A DNA stretch of 64,000 nt from Eledone cirrhosa (taxonomy: Eukaryota), in assembly GCA_964016885.1 (NCBI GenBank), contig OZ024742.1:300514001-300578000 (forward strand). Direction: 5' to 3'. The notes under the pieces were generated by a model that saw only the letters and a program-made list of their open reading frames with translations, was not told where the DNA came from and searched no databases. The position numbers and the translations under genes were made by a program. Of the stretch, positions 13,701 through 25,719 are shown in pieces. Every line of letters begins with the position of its first letter. Position 1 is the stretch's first letter.

Positions 13701-13873
13701 CTTTTCCCAAACTGATTCCAATGCTGTCGCGTTACCGAACGCTAGAAAGTTCCTGGCGTCCATTTTACTCTGTAGATTCTGAAAGACATTCGCATATAGC
13801 ACCGAGCTTATGTCGTACGTCAAAAGAAATGTGGAGCCTTGTTCGTTGTAGGAATCAAATATAGATGTTAGCT
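13701..13873 (-). CDS. Ionotropic receptor (IR25a/IR8a-like) coding exon 4 (alternative in-frame acceptor at 13921)
   Basis: attacag|AG ... AAG|gttggt; 173 nt, phase 1-0; LQSKMDARNFLAFGNATALESVWEK resembles the recalled IR25a segment LRNLDIxNFFILGxLxSIxxVLES. Confidence 0.8.
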
Positions 13874-13964
13874 CTGTAATATATGAAAGCAACAGAATCA
13901 CATGTTGCGATAAAGAGGAATCTGTGAGTGAAAGTATCGGAAGGAATGTGAGAGTGCTAAAGTT

Positions 13965-14145
13965 ATAATTATTTCTACTTTAGGCACAAGGCCAGCAATT
14001 ACCCAGTGTATTACTGGTACTTTATTTTATCGACCCCGTAAGGATGAAAGGCAAAGTAAACCTCGGCGAGATTTGAACTCAGACCGTAAAGGCACGTAAC
14101 TATGCTGGAAAGCATGGTGTCCGACTCTCTACCGATACTGCCAAC
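13965..14145 (-). mobile_element. Meta-type SINE
   Basis: A box tggcagtatcgg, B box gagttcaaatc and the Meta domain on the minus strand. Confidence 0.85.
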
Positions 14146-14387
14146 GTTTAAATATAGTTTTTGTTGTTGTTTGTCCCTCAGCTGAACTCAGTTGGAGCAG
14201 ATCTATTATTAAAGCAATCCAGCTGTGACAATCCCATCTGTTTGTTTCCAGATAGTATACGCTGGACTTCATCTAATGTGTTCATCATGTCTTGAAACAA
14301 AATGATGTGGTTTGAGATGCCATTTCTAGAATGTCGAGTGACCACGTAATATATGGGAGTGTGGAGACAAAATTTTCTTTATCTAAT

Positions 14388-14578
14388 CAGACCTACCAAC
14401 CTGTAAAAATCCAAACAGGGAGTATCATGAAAAAAAGTGCCCCAAACGGGGAGAAATGAGGCAAAGTGATGAGATTTTATATGAAAGCTATATTTTTTTT
14501 CACAAGAGAAGACATCTCTCACCTACCCCAAAGTGGGAGGGAGATCTCCCCGTCCGACGGGAAAAGTTGACAGGTCTG
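14388..14578. mobile_element. MITE with CAGACCT..AAC termini (probably hAT-related)
   Basis: cagacctaccaac / gttgacaggtctg termini; inverted homolog at 17919-18092. Confidence 0.6.
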
Positions 14579-15108
14579 CTAAGACCTTTTGTGGAAGACC
14601 AGCAGTAACCCAAGCATACATTTCACCCTCTCCACGCCCCCGATGTTGTCCAAGGAAAAGGGATGAGAGATTGGGAAGTTTACTTACCTCAGGTTTGCGA
14701 ATAAAGAACTCATTTTCAATTATTTTTAGAAACATTTTAAAGAAATCCTGGCCAGTGTAAGGAAGGATATTTCCATTAATTGAGACATGGAATATGGAAG
14801 AGTGTGTCTGGACTACAAGAGTTACAGTCAAGGATATTAGCAATATTATTGACTGTTGACTCGTTGTCACCTATGTGGCGCAGTATAGGCAGGTGGTGAA
14901 TACTGAAGTAAAATATAACAACGATATGTGAAGGGCAGGAAGGGTATGTGTGAAGATACTGGCTGCTATATGTGTGACAGTAAAGGCCATGGATGGGGAA
15001 GGGGGTGGACTTCAGAACAGAATTCATAAAATACTCTTAGACAGAGGAGGGAGCGGATTGTACTGGTGATGTAGGTGGTATGGGGACATTGTCTGTAGTA
15101 GTAGTAGC

Positions 15109-15188
<80 letters not shown>

Positions 15189-15288
15189 TGGTGGTGGTGG
15201 TAGTGGTGGTGGTAGTGGTGGATGTAGGAATTATTTACTTTTTGGTTAGAAATGGAGACAAGCATGGGGGAAGTTAATGAGAACTTAC

Positions 15289-15579
15289 CTTTGTTGTCAG
15301 CATCATATATGACGGTGAGTGTGTCCATAGAAATATTTATTTTTCTGATTAGATCAGAAAATAAGGTTTGGTAGTCTGCAAATGACGCCCTCATCGATAG
15401 AGCTGGTGGCATGAGTTTCGGCGGACGTTTCGTATATGAGGTGTCATGGGCAGGCAGGAAACCAAACACACTGATGTATGGAATAAAAAGTTGCTCACAT
15501 ACAACAAACAAACAGTTGTCATTATTCCGAGCTCGCGTGTCTAAAACTATAATTAATTCGTTGGAATTGTTCTGACAGA
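15289..15579 (-). CDS. Ionotropic receptor (IR25a/IR8a-like) coding exon 3
   Basis: ctttttcag|TC ... AAAG|gtaagt; 291 nt, phase 1-1; CQNNSNELIIVLDT..VCEQLFIPYISV..LFSDLIRKINISMDTLTVIYD, typical iGluR/IR ATD motifs. Confidence 0.88.
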
Positions 15580-15699
15580 CTGAAAAAGATGAAATCCAAC
15601 GTCATTTGAATCGAAATCCTTTCAAAAGATACAGAAAAATTAAAATTAATAAAAAGAAATTAAAAAATTAGAATTAGAATTTCGTTTTTTGCTCTAGTA

Positions 15700-16180
15700 C
15701 CACCGCCACCGCCACTATTACCACCAACTACCGCCACCACCACCGCCACCGCCACCATCACCCCAACTACCACCATCACTATCACCTCTACCACCATCAC
15801 TATCAGCTCTACCGCTTCCGCTACCACCGCCGCCATCACCACCAACACCAACACCACCATCACTACAACAATCACCACAACAATCACCATCACCGCCACC
15901 GCAACTGCTCCAGCCACCACCACCACCGCCACCACCATCACCACAACCATCACCACCACCTATGCCCCTACCGCTTCCGCTACCACCACCACCGCTAACC
16001 ACCACTACCATCACCACAACCATCACTATCACCTCTAACGCTCCCGCCACCACTAGCATTACAACCATCACCATCACCTATACCGCTCCCACCACCACAA
16101 CCACCACCACCAACAACAACCCCAACAACAACAACATTATCACAACTATTGCCATCACAATAACAATAACAACAACAACA
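15700..16180. repeat. (CAC/CAA)n low-complexity intronic repeat
   Basis: Degenerate trinucleotide run. Confidence 0.9.
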
Positions 16181-16256
16181 GGAATAAAAGAAAGTATTGT
16201 AATATAGTGACTTACCTTGAAGTGTGAAAATGACAGTAAACGACTAAATTACTTAC

Positions 16257-16367
16257 TGTTATTGATGAGTATTTCAAAACTTGACATAGTAAGATTGATG
16301 ACAGTGGGAAGTAATTTCTCAGTCTGGGATACAACCAAGCTCCATTGGTCATCACTGGTCACTACTA
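16257..16367 (-). CDS. Ionotropic receptor (IR25a/IR8a-like) coding exon 2
   Basis: ctattacag|TA ... AACA|gtaagt; 111 nt, phase 1-1; VVTSDDQWSLVVSQTEKLLPTVINLTMSSFEILINN joins in frame to both neighbours. Confidence 0.8.
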
Positions 16368-16544
16368 CTGTAATAGAATATACAAAAAAAAACAATCATA
16401 CACTAACCAATTTTTTTTTTTTTAATCCATCAACAAGATCCCATTATCTTACCAAGGGCGTGGAACTCGGCAAATTGGACCAAGGAAACAATGTTTACAT
16501 TGGTCTTTTCATTGCTGATATTATCTATCGGTCACAACTCCTGA

Positions 16545-16670
16545 CAGAGAGAGTTGCGTGAAATAAAGTGTCTTGCTCAAGGGAATAACGCATCGCCTAG
16601 TCCAGGAATCGAATTCGCAACCTCATTATTGCAAATTCAATTCCCCAACCCCTAAACCAAGCGCCTTCAC
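16545..16670 (-). mobile_element. tRNA-derived CORE-type SINE head
   Basis: Minus strand: ttcgattcctgg B box then ccttgagcaagacactttatttcacg. Confidence 0.65.
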
Positions 16671-17189
16671 ACACTGACCAATACTTACATAATACAGCTG
16701 AGTATTTAGAAGTGGGGTTTAATTCTAAATAAGACTATTTCTATTGCCTTAAATATCATTTTTGGGATTATCGTTATCCTTTGTAAGCCCAGTCGAGACA
16801 GTTCTCGCAATTCTTTCCCAGAGCTCCTAATCATCCTAATTCACTCCAAAGTCTTGCCTTTTAGAACCTGAATTCTTAGTAATGCCATCTGAAAAGTAGA
16901 GCTTGTGATTGTTGTTGTTGTTTTCTGATTCAACAAAGATGTTCCACCCATGAACATCGCGTTTGTTTCAGACATAGAGCAACGAGGTTTTCATTATCTA
17001 ATATTTCGTTCTAAGACTTCAGGGTGTGGTTTCAAGGAAATTTGTCTGCTATTTCTTACAGCTCGAATGGTTGTGTAGATTTTACATCATTGGGTCTAAT
17101 TTTGGAGATACAACTCTAGACAGAGCACAAACGGGTCCACTTTTATCTGTCACCAGGAATTTAAGGCCCCCTTCGGTCACGAATGACCA

Positions 17190-17503
17190 TGCTTTTGCAC
17201 ATAGAAAGTTACCCTCTGAAGCACAAGCCTGGGTAAGGTGTGTTTGTGGAAGACCAGCAGTCGCCCACCCATAACAATCTCTGCTCTCCACACCACCGAT
17301 GTTGCCCAAGGGAAAGGCAAAGGCTGATACAGCTTGGCACCAGTGACATCGCAACTCATTTCTACAGCTGAATGTACGAACTGGAGCAACGTGAAATCAA
17401 ATGTTTGGCTAAAGAACACAACGCACCGCCCAGTCCAGGATTAGAACTCGCAACCTTACTATTGTGAGCTCAACGCTCTAATCAAAAAGCCACATGCCTT
17501 CAC
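17190..17503 (-). mobile_element. tRNA-derived CORE-type SINE
   Basis: Minus strand: tRNA-like head, gttgtgttctttagccaaacatttgatttcacgttgctccagttc, then body. Confidence 0.7.
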
Positions 17504-17620
17504 CAGGGGTACTTTATCAGATTTCCACAATAATTATTTAGAGTGATCTACTATTATCATAGTCATTTGCGTTGGGACTACTACATTTCAAATTTAATAC
17601 ATATACATTATGTATGAATT

Positions 17621-17683
<63 letters not shown>

Positions 17684-17918
17684 AAGTTTGTACGTGTGTA
17701 TGCATGTATGTGTGTGTTATATTTAAAACACGACTGCATATTTCCTTATTAGTTCACTATTTTTAGTTTAAAACAGCAGCTTTCCATAATTTTGTTAACG
17801 TTTCGAAACCTTCAGAGCCTTATCTTTAGAATAAGTAATGCCATTCACCTACTTTGCGGTGCCACAAAAGATCATGGGTATATTAGAAAATTATCCAACG
17901 ATTTCTAGCAGGTATAGA

Positions 17919-18092
17919 CAAATCTGTCAACTCTCCCCCTCCGACCGTAAGATTTCCAACCACTTTGGGGTGGGTGTGAGATGTCTTCTCTTATGAAAAT
18001 GGGTATAGTTTTCATAATGCAAAATCTCCCGATTTTGCCTCATTTATCTCCGTTTGGGGCCCTATTTGGGTTTTTAGAGGTTGGTAGGTCTG
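17919..18092. mobile_element. MITE, inverted homolog of 14388-14578
   Basis: Reverse-complement similarity (gagatgtcttctctt, gcctcattt, ggttggtaggtctg). Confidence 0.6.
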
Positions 18093-18769
18093 TATAAATT
18101 ACTATACTCTGGGGTTGACTGCTTCTACCACACCTACATGCAAACATTTTACAACAGAACACATGTACAAGGTATACTCGCATGCTCATAACATGTATAA
18201 ACAACTATTGGCAACAAATGTTTGCTCATCAGAAGCAGTTGACTTTTCTCATTAAAAGCTACGTTGTCCTAGAAAACAGTTTACTTGCAATGTCATGTGA
18301 TCTGGTAATGTGATATTATTGGTTAAAATTAACGAGGTGTTTTGTGTATCCTACAGTAATATGAAACATTATATATAAATAGAAGATTGTGGAGTAGAGT
18401 GAAGTGTTTTCCCGCAACTTCCAGATATACTTCCAATAGTTACATAATATTTTCAGATTAAGCACGTAAACATCTGCAGACTTCGGTGAATATTCTTATA
18501 TTACACATGATACAAACATATGATACAAGTTATTATTATACACTATATGAATATATTGTACTAGATATGTTTTTTTTTTTTTTTTTAAATATTTGGTGTA
18601 CAACAATATTTATTCCAAGGATTCGTATCTTTGGCTAGCATTAAACATACAAATACAAATTAATTTTTTCATTTTTCTTCATTATTCACTCGATACCAAT
18701 TCCTTGGAGAAATTGCCTGTCTAAAATATCTAAGTAGTGTAATTATTGCCTTGATTGACAAGAACGTTT

Positions 18770-18980
18770 GTCTTCTTCTTCTTCTTCTTCTTCTTCTTCT
18801 TCTTCTTCTTCTTCTTCTTCACCCATTTATTCCCGAGAGGGTCAAGCACTCCTTCCAGTGGGTCCTGTTAGAAGCAACCGTTTCCAACTTATCCGACAGG
18901 ATCCCCAAGCGAGACCAGCTAAGCTCATAGATGTTATCCAACCATCATCTTGCTCGGGGTTTATCACTGGGTTTCCATAA
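18770..18980 (-). mobile_element. RTE-type LINE 3' end with (GAA)n tail
   Basis: Minus translation KPRAR*WLDNI..LG..LETVASNRTHWKE, then a stop and (GAA)n. Confidence 0.6.
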
Positions 18981-19297
18981 AATAATCTTACCCAGACGTG
19001 GAGAAATACATCGTAACCCTGACTGAGAGAGGTTTTTAAAAGTATACATAAATAAATTATCAGAATGAATCATTTGCTGGTGTACTACTTAGTAATTATG
19101 TAATATTCCTTATATATTGTCGTAGAGGTCATAACACCAACAAAGTTTTGTATTTTGTGTGGCAAATGATATAAAGGCGCTAGAGCCTTGCTAGAGATAA
19201 ATTTACATTTGGAACATTTTCGGTCACAATTCCTAGCTTCTCTATTCTGTCCACCGGGGCCGCGGGTCGGAAAGCGTGGGCCCCCTATTTGTTCATA

Positions 19298-20062
19298 ATA
19301 ATTGTTTCTACTTTAGGCACAAGGCCAGCAATTACCCAGTGCATTACTGGTACTTTATTTTATCGACCCCGTAAGGATGAAAGGCAAAGTCAACCTCGGC
19401 GGGATTTGAACTCAGATCGTAAAGGGACGTAACTATGCTGGAAAGCATGGTGTCTGACTCTCTACCGATACTGCCAATCCACCGCCCTATTTGTTCATAA
19501 TAATGAGAGATGGGGAGAGTAGGTAGAGTGGGAGAGTGGGAGAGACGGATGCGTTCACAGTGGAAGTTTGTTTCCTCTTTGTTCGGACTTGGTGTATATG
19601 TGTGTGTGACTGATTTAATAGCATGTTTTTTTTTTACTATTGTAATAATTGTTTCTACTTTAGGCACAAGGCCAGCAATTTGGGTAAGGGGAATGTCGAT
19701 TAAATCGGCCCCAGTGCATTACTGGTGCTTTATTTTATCGACTCGTAAGGATGAAAGGCAAATTTAACCTTGGCGGATTGGAACTGACACCGTAAAGGGT
19801 CATAACTCTATGCTGAAAAGCATGGTGTCTGACGCTCTACTGATACTGCCACCGCGCTCTTCCTTTTGTAATAATTGTTTCTATTTTAGGCACAAGGCCA
19901 GCAATTTTTTTAAGGGGCGGGGAAAGTCGATTAAATCGACCCCAGTGTATTACTGGTGCTTTATTTTATCGACCACGTAAGGATGAAAGGCAAAGTTAAC
20001 TTCGGGGGATTTGAACTCAGACCATAAAGAGCCGTAACTTTCCTGTAAAGCATAGCGTCCGA
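19298..20062 (-). mobile_element. Cluster of three Meta-type SINEs (19298-19486, 19643-19855, 19870-20062)
   Basis: Repeated Meta domain and B box; first copy flanked by the TSD cctatttgttcataataat. Confidence 0.85.
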
Positions 20063-20624
20063 TCAAAAGTTATACAACAATGCCTTTATTACCCTGAAGG
20101 ATAACAAATCGGATTCCTAGTTGAAGCTGCTGAAATTATGGGGAACTGGGGAAACAGAACCAAATGACGTCAGTGGATTTTAACTCAGGACTCTTCAGCA
20201 AGTTACTCTAATTTCAACGACTAGGTCACTTTATCGTTCTAACAGCCATTCTCTCTGTAATTAGATGAATGCCCAGAGCAAAGAAATCTATCTGGATAAC
20301 ACGAGCAAATATTTATTTTCTCTTCTTTCCACTACCAATTCATTAAATGTTCTACTCTCTCCCTCTCTCTTCCTTGCCCCTCTCTCTCTCCTTCTCTCTC
20401 TCTCTCTCTCTCTCTCACCCACACATTTCTTCTGTTCCTCTTCTTCCCTCTTCCTCAGCTCTATCACACACCCCCCCCTCCCCACTATACTAAGGGCATG
20501 ATCGACATGCTGGTTCATCAAGTGGGAAAGAAATGTGATACAAAAGATGATCAATGCCAATAATCATATTTATCTACACAGATAAATATTGCTTTAATTA
20601 ATCATGATGCAATATTTTTACTGC

Positions 20625-20697
<73 letters not shown>

Positions 20698-20905
20698 CCC
20701 ATTGAAATACGTATAACAGTATTCATTTAATCAAGAAAAGTAGATTCTAACCCACTAGCTTCTAATTCATTGTTAACCAGGAATCTTTAAAATAAGTTAA
20801 CAAAGAACTTACTAGATCTACAAAACCAAATTGTAAAATCAAAATATCATAAAATTAAATTAAATTGTTTAGAACTACAAGTGGAGTCATTCTTTTCCTT
20901 TTTAA

Positions 20906-21011
<106 letters not shown>

Positions 21012-21119
21012 ATGTAGAAAAGTAACACACGAGTTGATATATATAAAAAACAAATAGTTGAAAGGAAAAAGATTCTTTTACTAGAAAATGTTGAAGAGTT
21101 TTTTTTTCAGAGAGATATG

Positions 21120-22370
21120 AAAACATTACTCTCCAAAGGACTGAAATTCACCCCCACCCCCAACGCCCAAGCTACCCCGAAATGAAGGAGGACATTGCGG
21201 AATTCTGTAGAAAACTAAGACTTAGCGAGGAACTACACAAGTGTAATGAGGACGACTCACTAGCCAGAAATAGAAGCAATTACACCCCATCAAAAAGTAA
21301 GAACAAATTCCTTGACCAATTCTGCGAACACATTACAAATTACTCATATCAACACCTACACAGACATAAACACAAGCCAAACCTCAAAAAGAAAGAATGG
21401 GATGAGCTTAACAGTTTAAAGAATGATAAAACTTTAACAATCAAAAAGGCGGATAAATGGAGTGCGGTTGTCCTTATGGAGACAGAATATTATACAACCC
21501 TAGTACTCTCATCTTTAGAAGATGAAACATACTACGAAAAGGCTCAACACTACAGCCAACAGAAAATAATGAGAAACCTAAACACTCTAACAACCCTCTA
21601 CAGAGAAGGAATGCAACTATATCACTGACTTCAAAAGCAAACCCAGCCTTTTCTACGGTACCCCTAAGATACACAAAAGCGAAAAAATAAATAAGGTATG
21701 CAAGGAAGCTACAGACATATTTATCAATGTCTCCTCACCCATAGCAGGCCAAGCTTGAGAAACCCACCGCCTCAGCAACTTCCTAGATATCCTGTTAAAA
21801 CCATTCCTGAAACACATTAAAAGCTACATAAGGGATGACCTCGATATACTCAACCACCTCCCCAAAATACTTAATAATGAACATATCCTACTAGTGTCTT
21901 TCGATGTAATCAACCTTTATTCCAATATCCCACACAACCTAGGAATAGAGGCAATCCAATTCTAGTTAGAAAATTACCCCAATGAACTACCACATCGCAT
22001 TATAAAAGAATTCGTAATAGAAGAGCTCAAATTCATCTTGGAGAATAACTACTTCGAATTCGATGCCAAATTCTACAGACAGAAATCTGGGACTGCCATG
22101 GGCACGAAAATGGTCAACATTGGCCAACATTGTTATGGGATACTTGGCAATCACCCTCTACCGAAAAGTACTAGACAAATATGGAAACCCCTTCTACCTT
22201 CACATAAAAAAGACTGGAAGAGATATCTGGATGATTGCTTCATCCTCTGGCATGAAAGCATAGAAAGACTTATTGAATTTAAAACACTTCTAAATGGACT
22301 CAACACAAACATCCAATTTACAATGGAATACAGCCATGAACAACTTCCTTTCCTCGATATCCTGATCAAA
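21120..22370 (+). mobile_element. Penelope-like (Neptune-type) reverse transcriptase pseudogene fragment
   Basis: LLSKGLKFTPTP, IKKADK..AVV, FYGTPKIHK, SFDVINLYSNIPH, NYFEF..FYRQKSGTAMGTKM, WKRYLDDCF, PFLDI; frameshifts and stops. Confidence 0.9.
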
Positions 22371-22418
22371 GTATGTATACATATATACTTATATGTGTGT
22401 ATATATATATATATATAT

Positions 22419-22625
22419 AGAAGGGTTACCGTAGTGGAGATTTAATTCCAATATTTCGGGCTCACGCCCATCAACGGGGGAAAAGTTCCAAAAGGGGGGG
22501 AACAGGCCAAGCGGAGAAAGTTGTGATGTCGTTAAGACATGTATGGCGTGAGCCCGAAATATTGGGATTAAATCTCCACTACGGTAACCCTTCTACCTTT
22601 GTTTTGTTTTCATCTTTGTCTCTCA
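22419..22625. mobile_element. Tail-out inverted-repeat cassette with minimal degenerate hammerhead
   Basis: Arms 22419-22468 and 22546-22595; minus strand ccccCCGTTGAtgggc-gtga-gcccGAAATATTggaa; (TA)n on both sides. Confidence 0.7.
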
Positions 22626-22794
22626 TATATATATATGTATATATATATATAAAAGAAAGATAGACACAGATATATACATATATGTGTTCAAATCGTAACG
22701 GACCAATTATAATATACGGCTCGGAAAAATTTCTTTCCTATTGTAAGAGACTATTTTGAGTTTCTAACTCAATATATACCTTTGATATATATAT

Positions 22795-24455
22795 ATGTCG
22801 TGGAACCCCCGCAACCCGCCTTAGGGCCGAACAGCACACCATCTTCACCCTACAGACGTCCCCCCCCCCCGCCTGAACTCCCCACCCTCTTCCTTTAGCC
22901 TTAGGTCGTCCCCCTCCCCTACGTACACACCCTACTAACACCACTAAAACACTCCCAAGAGTCACCGTCCCCTCCATTTCCAGCCACCCCCACCCTCTTG
23001 GTCCACCCCACAACTAATAATACTAACAATTCCCACCCCCTCCCCCTATCACACGCGCACCCACACCCTCAACACACACACACACCAGTACATATATACC
23101 CTTATTCACACTATTCACACACCCTACTACCTCCACTAACCCCCACCCACACATCCACATCCGACCACCCCACCACTAATAATACTAAACATCCCCCAAA
23201 CCACCTTCCCCCTCACCACACACACACACACGAACACACACCAGCATACATACACTCACCCACATCCACGTACACACCGATACACAACCCACTCCACACC
23301 AGCACTACCATCACTAACCCCCACCCACACACCCGTATTCGACCCCCCACCACTAATAATACTAACCCCCCCTACCCTACCCCCCACACACCAGTATATT
23401 ACACTCACTCATACTGTACCAAGCACCTTCTCTCTTCCCCTGTACTACCAACACCGCCCACACACACATCCTACTAATATACACCCCCACACTGCCACCC
23501 TCTCCTTCAACTTTTCACACTAACCCACCTCCTAGCCTGTCCACCGCACCTCCGCACACACATACACACATTCCACACACACATATAGACCATCCCTACC
23601 ACTCGCCTGTCTGTCATCCTCCTAACTGCTATCTCCTCTCTTTCTCGCATCCTTTGCCCTGCCTTCTCCGCCACCTCCCTTGACCTTCTTGACCACTTCC
23701 TGTTGCGCGCGCGCCCCTATAACTCTCTACTTCCTCCGCACCATTCCACGGATCCTACACCACTGGTCACACGCTCTAGACATACACCTTTTTATACACG
23801 GATTTTTTCACCATCTGTCGATACACTCACCGGGAAAACATTGTTTTTCGCACTATTTTCGCACACACGCAACCATACGCTCCCACGTATCCACACCACA
23901 CAAAAGCACACATACACGTGCGTATCCTCATATACACATACTCCGAACGCCCCCTACCCACCCCTCCGACCCCTCTCCATCCACACGCACACACACTGAC
24001 TTACACCCCACCCCATGTACACACTGGTTTTCCTATTACCCGAACATGGAACCTCGTTCTTTCCCAAACGCTCACACACACACATCCACACATTCACACA
24101 TACACACACACCACCTTCCACCCTCCCCTCTCGGACCCCCCGTTTCCTTCTCCCCTCTCTCCCCTTCCATTCACCCACCACCACCTCTACACGCCTCACA
24201 CCCTTTCACCACTTGTTTTCATTTTAATTTTTTTACCCCCATTTAAATTTTTTCCCTTCCCTTTCATCCCCCACCTTTTAATGTCTTTCCACCACTCCTC
24301 CTCACACCCTCGGAACTCTTTTCCTTTCCACTTTTCTCCTGATAAAGGGCTTATGCTCGAAACGTCGTCCCCCACCCCCACTCTCAAGCGTGAACCTAAT
24401 ACCGACACTGTTTGTACTGCACTCTTCGTTATTGTTTTTGTTTTTGGTTTTTAAC
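22795..24455 (+). mobile_element. 3' part of a Neptune-type Penelope element (long C/A-rich 3' region), homolog of 55530-57150
   Basis: LRAEQHTIFTLQT end of the endonuclease; CTGATAAagggc-ttat-gctcGAAACGTC at 24339-24366 (G8A, probably inactive). Confidence 0.75.
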
Positions 24456-24689
24456 TTATATATATATATATATATATATATAACGAAGGAGTTGTGGTAA
24501 GGAACCAGATGGACCATAACGCACCAGAGTACTCAATACTTAGGGTAGTAGAGTGGGTAATAGGATATATATATATATATGTGTGTGTATGTGTTTGTCT
24601 CTATGTGTGCACGCTTGTCTGTGTGCATGTGTGATGATGATGAGGATGGTGATGATGATGATGATTTACAAAAGGAGTTGGTTACTTAC

Positions 24690-24846
24690 TGATAGTAGAA
24701 GTAGTGTTTGTATTATTAGCTGACTGAGTTAACGCCGTGGTCATCATGGTAAAAATCACTGCCACCTGCATCGCCACAGCGATTCCATTAATACCACCGC
24801 CATCTTTGTTGTCGCCGCCATTAACAGACGTGACGCGTAGCTTCAT
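24690..24846 (-). CDS. Ionotropic receptor (IR25a/IR8a-like) first coding exon with signal peptide (exon extends to acceptor at 24988)
   Basis: First in-frame ATG at 24846 after an in-frame TAG at 24936; GIAVAMQVAVIFTMMTTALTQS hydrophobic stretch; ATCA|gtaagt phase 1; acceptor ctattgacag|G at 24988. Confidence 0.78.
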
Positions 24847-25074
24847 CCCCGCCAAATCAGTGTTAATGTTGTTAAAGGTGAGAGGATTGTGTGTGAAGTG
24901 AGCTGAGTCCACCTCACATACACACCCACACACCTATGTTTCTTTTTATATTTCAGGCTTTCGTTTGGCCGTGTCTTGTGGAGTTAACCTGTCAATAGAA
25001 ATATACAGAACGAATGAAAGAAAATTGAGTTATTTAACCATTCGTCCATGCTGTGTCCATGGCAGAAGTAGTTC

Positions 25075-25397
25075 GTAGTGTTTGCTAAGTGATTAGGGTA
25101 TTCACCTCGCAATCATAAGACCACGAGTTCGATTCTCGGCTGTGCATTGTGTCCTTGTGTAAGACACTTTATTTCACGTTGCTCCAGTTCACTCAGCTGG
25201 CGAAAATGAGTTGTACCTGTAATTCGAAGGGTCAGCCTTGTGACATTCTGTGTCATGCTGAATCTCCCTGAGAACTACTTTATGGTTACGCGTGTTTGTG
25301 GAATGCTCACCCACTTGCACGTTAATTTCATGAGCAAGCTGTTCTGCTGATCGTATCAACTGGAATACTCATCGTCGTAACCGACGGAGTACCAGTT
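25075..25397 (+). mobile_element. tRNA-derived CORE-type SINE
   Basis: gagttcgattc B box; gtgtccttgtgtaagacactttatttcacgttgctccag core; ends cgtaaccgacggagtaccag. Confidence 0.8.
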
Positions 25398-25719
25398 TTG
25401 AATATACTACACGAGACTATTGAAAGTTCTAAAGTCTAGTATTTGCAACATCTTTCTCGTACACTTATCATAAACTCCATTTATAAAATAGCTCATATAT
25501 ACATGTTTAACCAAAAGTCAGTGTTGATCAAGCACTCCCAGGAGCACATTACTCGGTGTATTCTTTTTAAGACAGTAAGGTGTAATTGGGGCAGATGTGG
25601 CTACTATTTCTAGCATGTCGAGCGACCACGGAGAGGGTCAGTCTTTGTTTTGTGTAATTAAATTGGGTTGTAGGTGTGGCACTGTTGTGATGTAGAGGTA
25701 GTAAAATTGGGATGTAAAC

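Noticed and set aside
15471-15473. Alternative acceptor catcag at 15471 for exon 3
   Set aside because: Gives phase 2, incompatible with the upstream exon, and drops the conserved C..VLDT..IPYIS segment.
16211-16216. Strong donor AAG|gtaagt at 16216
   Set aside because: An in-frame TAA lies between it and exon 2; the donor at 16256 fits frame and phase.
18210-18240. CTGATGA on the minus strand (also at 1380, 28974 and 38879)
   Set aside because: No suitably placed stem II, GAAA and NUH elements.
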